This document shows positions 24,376 to 35,800 of a stretch of 64,000 bases of DNA, in pieces. The stretch's first letter is position 1. Every line of letters begins with the position of its first letter. The stretch spans positions 56,112,001 through 56,176,000 of the forward strand of contig CM059438.1 in the NCBI GenBank assembly GCA_030390025.1, given 5' to 3'. The stretch comes from Squalus acanthias (taxonomy: Eukaryota). Under the pieces are notes generated by a model. It searched no databases and had not been told where the DNA came from. It worked only from the letters and a program-made list of their open reading frames with translations. The position numbers and the translations under genes were made by a program.

Positions 24376-26007
24376 CAGTACCCAGTCCAATATAGCCTGT
24401 TCCCGAGTTGGTTCCTCGACATATTGATCCAGATAACCATCCCTTAAACACTCAAGGAATTCCTCCTCCTCATTATTTTTACTGATTAGGCTAGTCCAAT
24501 CTATATGTAAGTTAAAGTCACCTATGATGACAGCTGTGCTCTTATTGCACGCTTCTCTAATTTCCCTCGTGATGCCCTCCCCAACCTCTATTTTACTATT
24601 TGGAGGCCTATATACCACTCCTATTAATGTTTTTCGCCCCTCGCTATTTCTTAGCTCCACCCATATAGATTCTGTATTAACTGAGTTAATATCCTTCCTT
24701 TCAATTGCATTTATCCCCTCTTTTACCAGCAATGCTACCCCTCCTCCCTTTCTTTTTTGTCGATCCTTCCTAAATACTGAATACCCCTGTATGTTAAGCT
24801 CCCAGCCCTGCTCACCCTGCAACCATGTTTCCGTAATCCCAATTAGATCATAATTATTAACCTCTATTTCCACAGCTAATTCATCTACCTTGTTCCTGAT
24901 GCTTCTCGCATTAAGGTATAAAACCCTCAGGCTTTTTTTATGCTCACATTTTTTATGAATTAGTTTGGCCCTTTGTTTTTTGTTCCTCACCCTTTTACCA
25001 TTTATTTCTGTCTGCCTTTCACTTTCCTCTATTTCACTACATAGGTTTCTAGCCCCCTGCCATACTAAATGCTCCCGAACTGCTTTATCAAAAATTACCC
25101 CGAGAACATCAGTTCCATCTTTGCACAGGTGTAGACCGTCCCTTTTGTATAGGTCACACCTACCACAAAACTGGTTCCAATGCCTCAAAAATTTAAAACC
25201 CTCCCTCTTACACCACTGCTCAAGCCACGTATTTAGCCTAACTATCCTGTTCTCTGTACTCTTACTAGCACGTGGCACTGGTAGTAATCCAGAGATTACT
25301 ACCTTCGAGGTCCTACTTTTTAGCTTGGCTCCTAACTCCCTAAATTCTACTTGTAGGACCTCTTCCCTTTTTTTAGCTACGTCGTTGGTACCAACATGTA
25401 TCACGACAACTGGCTGTTCCCCCTCCCCCTCCAGAATGTTCTGCACCCGCGCCGAGACATCCTTGACCCTTGCACCAGGGAGGCAACATACCATCCTGGA
25501 GTCTCGGTCGCGACCACAGAAACCCCTATCTATTCCCCTTACAATCGAATCCCCTATTACTATAGCCCTGCCACTCTTTTTCCCTCCCTTCTTTGCAACA
25601 GAGCCAGTCATGGTGCCATGAGCCTGGCTGCTGGTGCCTTCCCCCGATGAGTCATCCCCCCCGACAACAGCACCTAAGGCGGTGAACCTGTTGCTAAGGG
25701 AGACAACCCCAGGGGATTTCTGCACTACCTTCCTGCCCTTGCTCTGCCTTTTGGTCACCCATGTACTATCTACGCTGGCCTTAACCTGCGGTGTGACCAA
25801 CTCACTAAATGTGCTATCCACAACCCTCTCAGAATCGTGGATGCTCCAAAGTGAGTCCATCCGCAGCTCAAGGGCCATCATGCGGTCCCACATGAGCTGC
25901 AGCTGGACACACTTCCCGCACACATGGTTGTCAGGGACACAGGAAGCGTCCCTGATTTCCCACATGTTACAGGAGGAGCATGACACAGGTCCGAGCTCTA
26001 CTGCCAT
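24352..26007 (-). CDS. CR1 ORF1 (C4 zinc finger, coiled coil, SGNH/GDSL esterase) fused in frame to the APE endonuclease
   Basis: CSSC...CGKC; IGDSIVRG, HVGTND, DGLHL (SGNH blocks); then LYLNARSIRNK, ITETWL, GGGVALLVK, GVVYRPP, GDFN (APE) in one 551-aa frame from ATG 26007. Confidence 0.93.
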   Translation of the reverse strand: MAVELGPVSCSSCNMWEIRDASCVPDNHVCGKCVQLQLMWDRMMALELRMDSLWSIHDSERVVDSTFSELVTPQVKASVDSTWVTKRQSKGRKVVQKSPGVVSLSNRFTALGAVVGGDDSSGEGTSSQAHGTMTGSVAKKGGKKSGRAIVIGDSIVRGIDRGFCGRDRDSRMVCCLPGARVKDVSARVQNILEGEGEQPVVVIHVGTNDVAKKREEVLQVEFRELGAKLKSRTSKVVISGLLPVPRASKSTENRIVRLNTWLEQWCKREGFKFLRHWNQFCGRCDLYKRDGLHLCKDGTDVLGVIFDKAVREHLVWQGARNLCSEIEESERQTEINGKRVRNKKQRAKLIHKKCEHKKSLRVLYLNARSIRNKVDELAVEIEVNNYDLIGITETWLQGEQGWELNIQGYSVFRKDRQKRKGGGVALLVKEGINAIERKDINSVNTESIWVELRNSEGRKTLIGVVYRPPNSKIEVGEGITREIREACNKSTAVIIGDFNLHIDWTSLISKNNEEEEFLECLRDGYLDQYVEEPTREQAILDWVLYCAMRRD

Positions 26008-26448
26008 GACTTAACCCTTATATTACATTTTAATTTTCTAGTTTTAGTTTATTTATTGACTTTTGTTTTCCCGAAGCTTACTTAGACCAATGTATACTGT
26101 ACTCCTCTTATTCCTTTTTAAACTAACCAAATCCCACTAGTTTTAGTTTTACTTTCTAGGAAGGTTTGAGGAAAGTACTTACCAGTTAGTCTTACCTCCC
26201 TGGTCTTTCGCTGACTTCCCGGTCTTGTGTCCCCTTGGTCCTACGCCGACTTCCCGCTCCTCCCGGTTCCTGCCCTGCTGAAAAGAAACTGAGACCAAAA
26301 AATTTGTGACCTCTGTTTTTAGACTGCTAAAAGACTAGTAGGTTAGAGGAGGAGGGCGGGTGGGGGTTCCTACTCTGTAGGAACTCGGGTTTAAGCCACC
26401 ACCCTCCTTAAATGCCGTTCACCTGGGTGCTTCCCACCTGGTCCGCTT

Positions 26449-26858
26449 CCGGTCTCGTCACTCCCGACAACAGCCTGTGAAAGAAAAGCCCGCGAAAGTG
26501 AGTTCAAATACTCACAGGACCTCCGGTCTCGTCTCTCCCGACAACAGCCTGTGAAAGAAAAGCCCGCGAAAGTGAGTTCAAATACTCACAGGACCTCCGG
26601 TCTCGTCTCTCCCGACAACAGCCTGTGAAAGAAAAGCCCGCGAAAGTGAGTTCAAATACTCACAGGACTTCCGGTCTCGTCTCTCCCGACAACAGCCTGT
26701 GAAAGAAAAGCCCGCGAAAGTGAGTTCAAATACTCACAGGACCTCCAGTCTCGTCTCTCCCGACAACAGCCTGTGAAAGAAAAGCCCGCGAAAGTGAGTT
26801 CAAATACTCACAGGTCCTCCGGTCTCGTCTCTCCCGACAACAGCCTGTGAAAGAAAAG
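26449..26858 (-). repeat. 74-bp tandem monomers (5.5 copies) forming the 5' end of the CR1; probable promoter array
   Basis: CCGGTCTCGTCTCTCCCGACAACAGCCTGTGAAAGAAAAGCCCGCGAAAGTGAGTTCAAATACTCACAGGACCT starts at 26449, 26523, 26597, 26671, 26745, 26819; near-identical and CpG-rich. Confidence 0.93.
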
Positions 26859-29800
26859 TCTAATCCCACTCTCCTACTCACTCCCCATACCCTTTAATAT
26901 CCTTCCAGTCGAATCCCCCACTCCTGCTCACTCCCCACACCCTTTAATATCCCACCCAGTCTACTCCCACTCTCCCGCTCACTCCCCATACCCTTTAATA
27001 TCCCACCCAGTCCAATCCCACTCTCATGCTCACTCCCCATACCCTTTAATATCCCACCCAGTCTAATACCACTCTCCCGCTCACTCCCCATACCCTTTAA
27101 TATCCCACCCAGTCCAATCCCACTCTCCCTCTCACTCCCCATAGCCTTTAATATCCCACCCAGTCTAGTCCCACTCTCCCGCTCACTACCCACACACTTT
27201 AATATCCCACCCAGTCTAATCCCACTCTCCTGCTCACTCCTTTTACCCTTTAATATCCCAACCAGTCTAATCGCACTCTCCCGCTCACTCCCCATACCCT
27301 TTAATATCCCACCCAGTCCAATCCCACTCTCATGCTCACTCCCCATACCCTTTAATATCCCACCCAGTCTAATCCCACTCTCCCGCTCACTCCCCATACC
27401 CTTTAATATCCCACCCAGTCCAATCCCACTCTCCCTCTCACTACCCATAGCATTTAATATCCCACCCAGTCTAATCCCACTCTCCTGCTCACTCCCCATA
27501 ACCTTTTAATATCCCACCCAGTCTAATCCCACTCTCCCACTCATTCCCTACACCCTTTAATGACCCACCCAGTCTAATCCCACTCTCCTGCTCACTCCCC
27601 ACACCCTTTAATGAACCACCCAGTCTAATACCACTCTCCCGCTCACTCCCCACTCCCTTTAATATCCCACCCAGTCTAATCCCACTCTCCCGCTCACTCC
27701 CCACACTCTTTAATATCCCACCCAGTCTAATCCCACTCTCCTGCTCACTCCCCACACCCTTAAATATACCACCCAGTCGAATCCCACTCTCCCGCTCACT
27801 CCCCGCACCCTTTAATATCCCACCCAGTCTAATCCCACTCTCCCCCTCACTCCCCGTACCCTTTAATATCCCACCCAGTCTAATGCCACCCTCTTCCTCA
27901 CTCCCCAAACCCTTTAATATCCCACCCAATCTAATCCCACTCTCCCGCTCACTCCCCGCACCCTTTAATATCCCACCCAGTCTAATTCCACTCTCCCCTT
28001 CACTCCCCACACCCTTTAATATCCCACCCAGTCTAATCCCACCCTCTTCTTCACTCCCTGAACCCTTTAATATACCAACCAGTCTAATCCCACTCTCCCC
28101 CTCACTCCCAACACCCTTTAATATCCCACCCAGTCTAATCCCACTCTCCCGCTCACTCCCCACACGCTTTAATATCTCACCCAGTCTAATCCCACGCTCC
28201 CCTTCACTCCCATTACCCTTTAATATCCCACCCAGTCTAATCCCACTCTCCTGCTCACTCCCCATACCCTTTAATATCCCACCCAGTCTAATCCCACTCT
28301 CCCGCTCACCCCCCACACGCTTTAATATCCCACCCAGACTAATCCCACTCTACCGCTCTTTTACCCTTTAATATCCCAACTTATCCAATCACACCCTCCC
28401 GCTCACTTCCCACACCCTTTAAAATCACACCCAGTCTAATCCCACTCTCCCGCTCACTCCCCACACACTTTAATATCCCACCCAGTCTAATCCCACTCTC
28501 CCGCTCACTCCCCACACCCTTTAATATCCCACCCAGACTAATCCCACTCTCCTGCTCACTTCCCATACCTTTTAATATCGATCCCAGTCTAATCCCACTC
28601 TCCCCCTCTCTCCCAACACCCTTTAATATCCCACCCATTCTAATCCCACTCCCCCGCTCACTCCCCGTACCCTTTAATATCACACCCAGTCAAATCCCAC
28701 TCTCCTGCTCACTCACCATGCCTTTAATATCCCACCCAGTCTAATCCCACTCTCCCCTTCACTCCCATTATACTTTAATATCCCACGCAGTCTAATCCCA
28801 CTCTCCCCTTCACTCCCATTACCCTTTAATATCGCACCCAGAGTAATCCCACTCGACCGCTCTTTTACCCTTTAATATCCCACCTTATCTAATCCTACCC
28901 TCCCGCTCACTTCCCACACTCTTTAAAATCACACCCAGTCAAATCCCACTCTCCCGCTCACTTCCCACACCCTTTATATCCCACCCAGTCTAATCCCACT
29001 CTCATTCACACTCCCCACAACCTTTAATATCCCACCAACACAAATCACACACTCCCACTCACTCCCCATACCCTTTAAATTCCCCCCAGTCTAATCCCTC
29101 TCTTCCGTTCACTCCCCATACCCTTTAAATTCCCGCCAGTCTAATCCCCCTCTCCCGTTCACTCCCCATACCCTTTAATATCCCACCCAGTCTAATCCGA
29201 CTCTCCCGCTCACTCCCCACACCCTTTAACATCCCACCCAGTCTAATCCCACTCTCCCCCTCACTCCCCACACCCTTTAATATCCCACCCAGTCTAATCC
29301 CACTCTCCTGCTCACTCCCCGTACCCTTTAATAACCCATCCACTCTAATGCCACTCTCCTGCTCACTCCCCACACCCTTTAACATCCCACCCAGTCTAAT
29401 CTCACTCTCCTGCTCATTCCCCACACCCTTTAACATCCCACCCAGTCTAATCCCACTCTCCCACTCACACCCCAGACCCTTTAATATCCCACCCAGTCTA
29501 ATCCCACTCTCCTGCTCACTCCCCACACCCTTTAATATCCCACCCAGTCGAATCCCACTCTCCCGCTCACTCCCCATATTCTTTAATATCTCACCCAGTA
29601 GAATACCACTCTCCCGCACACTCCTCATATCCTTTAATATCCCACCCAGTCGAATCCCACTCTCCCGATCACTTCCTTTCCCCTTTTATATCCCACCCAG
29701 TCTAATCCCACTCACCCGCTCACTCCCCACACCCTTTAATATCCCACCCAGTCTAATCCCACTCTCCCCCTCACTCCCCGTACCCTTTAATATCCCACCA

Positions 29801-32800
29801 AGTCTAATGCCACCCACTTCCTCACTCCCTGCACACTTTAATATCCCACCCAGTCTAATCCCAATCTCCTGCTCACTCCCCGCACCCTTTAATATCCCAC
29901 CCAGTGTAATCCCACTCTCCCCTTCACTCCCCACACCCTTTAATATCCCACCTAGTCTAATCCCACCCTCTTCTTCACTCCCTGAACCCTTTAATATCCC
30001 ACCCAGTCTAATCCCACTCTCCCGCTCACTCCACACACCCTTTAATATCCCACCCAGTCTAATCCCACTCTCCCGCTCACTCCCCACACCCTTTAATATC
30101 CCACGGAGTCTAATCCCACTCTCAAACTCACTCCCCACACACTTTAATATCTCACCCAGTCTAATCCCACTCTCCCACTCATTCCCCACACCCTTTAATT
30201 CCCACCGAGTCTAATCCCACTCTCCCCCTCACTCCCCACACCCTTTAATATCCCACCCAGTCTAATCCCACTCTCCCCCTCTCTCCCCACGCCCTTTAAT
30301 ATCCCACCCAGTCTCATCCATTTCTCCTGCTCACTCCCCTTCCTTTTAATATCGATCCCAGTCTAATCCCAGTCTCCTCCTCTCTCCCCACACCCTTTAA
30401 TATCCCACCCAGTCTAATCCCTCTCCCCCGCTCACTCCCCGTACCCTTTAATATCACACCCAGTCAAATCCCACTCTCCTGCTCACTCCCCATAGCCTTT
30501 CAAATCCCACCCAGTCTAATCCCACTCTCCCCTTCACTCCCATTAGCCTTTATTATCCCACCCAGTCTAATCCCACTCTCCTGCTCACTCCCGACATCCT
30601 TTAACATCCCACCCAGATTAATCCCACTCGACCGCTCTTTTAACCTTTAATATCCCACCTTATCTAATCACACACTCCCGCTCACTTCCCACACCCTTTA
30701 AAATCACACCCAGTCTAATCCCTCTCTCCCGCTCACTGCCCACACACTTTAATATCCCACCGAGTCTAATACCACTCTCCCGCTCACTCCCCATATTCTT
30801 TAATATCTCACCCAGTAGAATACCACTCTCCCGCACACTCCTCATATCCTTTAATATCCCACCCAGTCGAATCCCACTCTCCCGATCACTTCCTTTCCCC
30901 TTTTATATCCCACCCAGTCTAATCCCACTCACCCGCTCACTCCCCACACCCTTTAATATCCCACCCAGTCTAATCCCACTCTCCCCCTCACTCCCCGTAC
31001 CCTTTAATATCCCACCCAGTCTAATGCCACCCACTTCCTCACTCCCTGCACACTTTAATATCCCACCCAGTCTAATCCCAATCTCCTGCTCACTCCCCGC
31101 ACCCTTTAATATCCCACCCAGTGTAATCCCACTCTCCCCTTCACTCCCCACACCCTTTAATATCCCACCTAGTCTAATCCCACCCTCTTCTTCACTCCCT
31201 GAACCCTTTAATATCCCACCCAGTCTAATCCCACTCTCCCGCTCACTCCACACACCCTTTAATATCCCACCCAGTCTAATCCCACTCTCCCGCTCACTCC
31301 CCACACCCTTTAATATCCCACGGAGTCTAATCCCACTCTCAAACTCACTCCCCACACACTTTAATATCTCACCCAGTCTAATCCCACTCTCCCACTCATT
31401 CCCCACACCCTTTAATATCCCACCGAGTCTAATCCCACTCTCCCCCTCACTCCCCACACCCTTTAATATCCCACCCAGTCTAATCCCACTCTCCCCCTCT
31501 CTCCCCACGCCCTTTAATATCCCACCCAGTCTCATCCATTTCTCCTGCTCACTCCCCTTCCTTTTAATATCGATCCCAGTCTAATCCCAGTCTCCTCCTC
31601 TCTCCCCACACCCTTTAATATCCCACCCAGTCTAATCCCTCTCCCCCGCTCACTCCCCGTACCCTTTAACATCACACCCAGTCAAATCCCACTCTCCTGC
31701 TCACTCCCCATAGCCTTTCAAATCCCACCCAGTCTAATCCCACTCTCCCCTTCACTCCCATTAGCCTTTATTATCCCACCCAGTCTAATCCCACTCTCCT
31801 GCTCACTCCCGACATCCTTTAACATCCCACCCAGACTAATCCCACTCGACCGCTCTTTTAACTTTTAATATCCCACCTTATCTAATCACACACTCCCGCT
31901 CACTTCCCACACCCTTTAAAATCACACCCAGTCTAATCCCTCTCTCCCGCTCACTGCCCACACACTTTAATATCCCACCGAGTCTAATACCACTCTCCCG
32001 CTCACTCCCCATATTCTTTAATATCTCACCCAGTAGAATACCACTCTCCCGCACACTCCTCATATCCTTTAATATCCCACCCAGTCGAATCCCACTCTCC
32101 CGATCACTTCCTTTCCCCTTTTATATCCCACCCAGTCTAATCCCACTCACCCGCTCACTCCCCACACCCTTTAATATCCCACCCAGTCTAATCCCACTCT
32201 CCCCCTCACTCCCCGTACCCTTTAATATCCCACCCAGTCTAATGCCACCCACTTCCTCACTCCCTGCACACTTTAATATCCCACCCAGTCTAATCCCAAT
32301 CTCCTGCTCACTCCCCGCACCCTTTAATATCCCACCCAGTGTAATCCCACTCTCCCCTTCACTCCCCACACCCTTTAATATCCCACCTAGTCTAATCCCA
32401 CCCTCTTCTTCACTCCCTGAACCCTTTAATATCCCACCCAGTCTAATCCCACTCTCCCGCTCACTCCACACACCCTTTAATATCCCACCCAGTCTAATCC
32501 CACTCTCCCGCTCACTCCCCACACCCTTTAATATCCCACGGAGTCTAATCCCACTCTCAAACTCACTCCCCACACACTTTAATATCTCACCCAGTCTAAT
32601 CCCACTCTCCCACTCATTCCCCACACCCTTTAATATCCCACCGAGTCTAATCCCACTCTCCCCCTCACGCCCCACACCCTTTAATATCCCACCCAGTCTA
32701 ATCCCACTCTCCCCCTCTCTCCCCACGCCCTTTAATATCCCACCCAGTCTCATCCATTTCTCCTGCTCACTCCCCTTCCTTTTAATATCGATCCCAGTCT

Positions 32801-35800
32801 AATCCCAGTCTCCTCCTCTCTCCCCATACCCTCTAATATCCCACCCAGTCTAATCCCTCTCCCCCGCTCACTCCCCGTACCCTTTAATATCACACCCAGT
32901 CAAATCCCACTCTCCTGCTCACTCCCCATAGCCTTTCAAATCCCACCCAGTCTAATCCCACTCTCCCCTTCACTCCCATTAGCCTTTATTATCCCACCCA
33001 GTCTAATCCCACTCTCCTGCTCACTCCCGACATCCTTTAACATCCCACCCAGACTAATCCCACTCGACCGCTCTTTTAACCTTTAATATCCCACCTTATC
33101 TAATCACACACTCCCGCTCACTTCCCACACCCTTTAAAATCACACCCAGTCTAATCCCTCTCTCCCGCTCACTGCCCACACACTTTAATATCCCACCGAG
33201 TCTAATACCACTCTCCCGCTCACTCCCCACACCCTTTAATATCCCACCCAGTCTAATCCCACTCTCCTTCTCACTCCCCACACCCTTTAATATCTCAGCC
33301 AGTCTAATCCCACTCTCCCCCTCACTCCCCACACCCTTTAATATCCCACCGAGTCTAATACCACTCTCCCGCTCACTCCCCACACCCTTTAATATCCCAC
33401 CCAGTCTAATCCCACTCTCCTTCTCACTCCCCACACCCTTTAATATCTCAGCCAGTCTAATCCCACTCTCCCCCTCACTCCCCAAACCCTTTAATATCCC
33501 ACCCAGGCTAATCCCACTCTCCTGCTCACTCCCCGTACCCTTTAATGACCCACCCAGTCTAATCCCACTCTCCTGCTCACTCCCCACACCCTTTAATGAC
33601 CCACCCAGTCTAATCCCACTCTCCTACTCACTCCCCATAACCTTTAATATACTTCCAGTCTAATCCCACTCTCCCGCTCACTCCCCATACCTTTTAGTAT
33701 CCCACCCAGTCTAATCCCACTCTCCCACTCATGCCCCACACCCTTTAATATCTCACCCAGTCGAATCCCACTCTCCCGCTCACTCCCCATATCCTTTAAT
33801 ATCCCACCCAGTCTAATCCCACTCTCCCGATCACTTCCTTTACCCTTTTATATCCCAATCAGTCTAATCCCACTGTCCCGCTCAATCTCCGCACCCTTTA
33901 ATATCCCACCCAGTCTAATCCCACTCTCCCCTTCACTCCCCAAACCCTTTAATATCCCACCCAGTCTAATCCCACCCTCTTCTTCACTCCCTGAACCCTT
34001 TTATATCCCACCCAGTCTAATCCCACTCTCCCGCTCACTCCCCGCACCGTTTAATTTCCCACCCAATCTAATCACACTCTCCACCTCACTCCCCGTACCC
34101 TTTAATATCCCACCCAGTCTAATGCCACCCTCTTCCTCACTCCCCGCACCCTTTAATATCCCACCCAGTCTAATCCCACTGTCCCGCTCACTCTCCGCAC
34201 CCTTTAATATCCCACCCAGTCTAATCCCACTCTCCCCTTCACTCCCCACACCCTTTAATATCCCACCCAGTCTAATCCCACCCTCTTCTTCACTCCCTGA
34301 ACCCTTTAATATCCCACCCAGTCTAATCCCACCCTGTTCTTCACTCCCTGAACCCTTTAATATCCCACCCAGTCTAATCCCACTCTCCCGCTCACTCCCC
34401 ACACCCTTTAATGTCCCACCCTGTCTAATCCCACTCTCCCCCTCACTCCCCACACTCTTTAATATCCCACCCAGTCTAATCCCACTCTCCCCCTCACTCC
34501 CCACAACCTTTAATATCCCACCCAGTCTAATCCCACTCTCCTGCTCACTCCCCACACCCTTTAATATCCCACCCAGACTAATCCCACTCTCCCGCTCACT
34601 CCCCACACCCTTTAATATCCCACCCAGTCTAATCCCACACTCCTGCTCACTCCCCACATCCTTTAACATCCCACCCAGACTAATCCCACTCTACCGCTCT
34701 TTTAGCCTTTAATATCCCACCTTATCTAATCACACCCTCCGGCTCACTTCCCACACGCTTTAAAATCACACCCAGTCTAATCCCAGTCTCCCGCTCACTC
34801 CTCACACCCTTTAATATCCCACCGAGTCTAATCCCATTCTCGCGCTCTCTCCCCACACACTTTAATATCCCACCCAGTCTAATCCCACTCTCCCGCTCAC
34901 TCCCCACACCCTTTAATATCCCACCAACTCTAATCCCACTATCCCCCTCACTCCCCACACCCTTTAATATCCCACCCAGTCTAATCCCACTCTCCCGCTC
35001 ACTCCCCACACCCTTTAATATCGCACCCAGTCTAATCCCACTCTCCTGCTCACTCCCCATACTTTTTAATATCGATCCCAATCTAATCCCACTCTCCCCC
35101 TCTCTCCCCACACCCTTTAATATCCACCCATTCTAATTCCACTCCCGTGCTCACTCCCCGTACCGTTTAGTATCACACCCAGTCAAATCCCACTCTCCTC
35201 CTCACTCCCCATAGCCTTTAATATCCCACCCAGTCTAATCCCACTCTCCCTTTCACTCCCATTACCCTTTAATATCCCACTCAGTCTTATCCCACTCTCC
35301 CCTTCACTCCCATTACCCATTAATATCCCACCCAGACCAATCCCACTCGACCGCTCTTTTACCCTTTAATATCCCACCTGATCTAATCACACCCTCCCGC
35401 TCACTTCCCACACCCTTTAAAATCACACCCAGTCTAATCCCACTCTCCCTCTCACTCCCCATACCCTTTAATATCCCACCCAGTCTATTCACACTCTCCC
35501 GCTCACTCCCCACACACTTTACTAACCCACCCAGTCTAATCCCACTCTCCCGCTCACTCCCCACACCCTTTAATTTCCCCCCCAGTCTAATCCCACTCTC
35601 CCGCTCACTCCCCACACCATTTAACATCCCACCCAGTCTAATCCCACTCTCCCCCTCACTCCCCACACCCTTTAATATCCCACCCAGTCTAATCCCACTC
35701 TCCCCCTCACTCCCCACACCCTTTAATATCCCACCCAGTCTAATCCCACTCTCCTGCTCACTCCCCATACCCTTTAACATCCCACCCAGTCTATTCCCAC

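Larger units (their letters stand above)
22019..26856 (-). mobile_element. Near-intact, apparently full-length CR1 LINE inserted into the satellite
   Basis: TSD AGTCTA at 22013-22018 and 26857-26862 (inside a monomer); tail CATAGATATATAGATACATAGA at 22019; coding region 26007-22118; 5'UTR ending in 74-bp monomers. Confidence 0.97.

Noticed and set aside
22118..24451. ORF track start MFKGWLSG... as the true ORF2 N-terminus
   Set aside because: Residues before VLCNEK are out-of-frame sequence produced by the 5-bp duplication at 24371-24380.
22263..26014. Plus-strand ORFs antisense to the CR1
   Set aside because: Shadow ORFs of the coding strand with no recognisable motifs.
26449..26858. CRISPR-like array
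   Set aside because: Units are contiguous and identical with no unique spacers, there are no cas genes, and the context is vertebrate.
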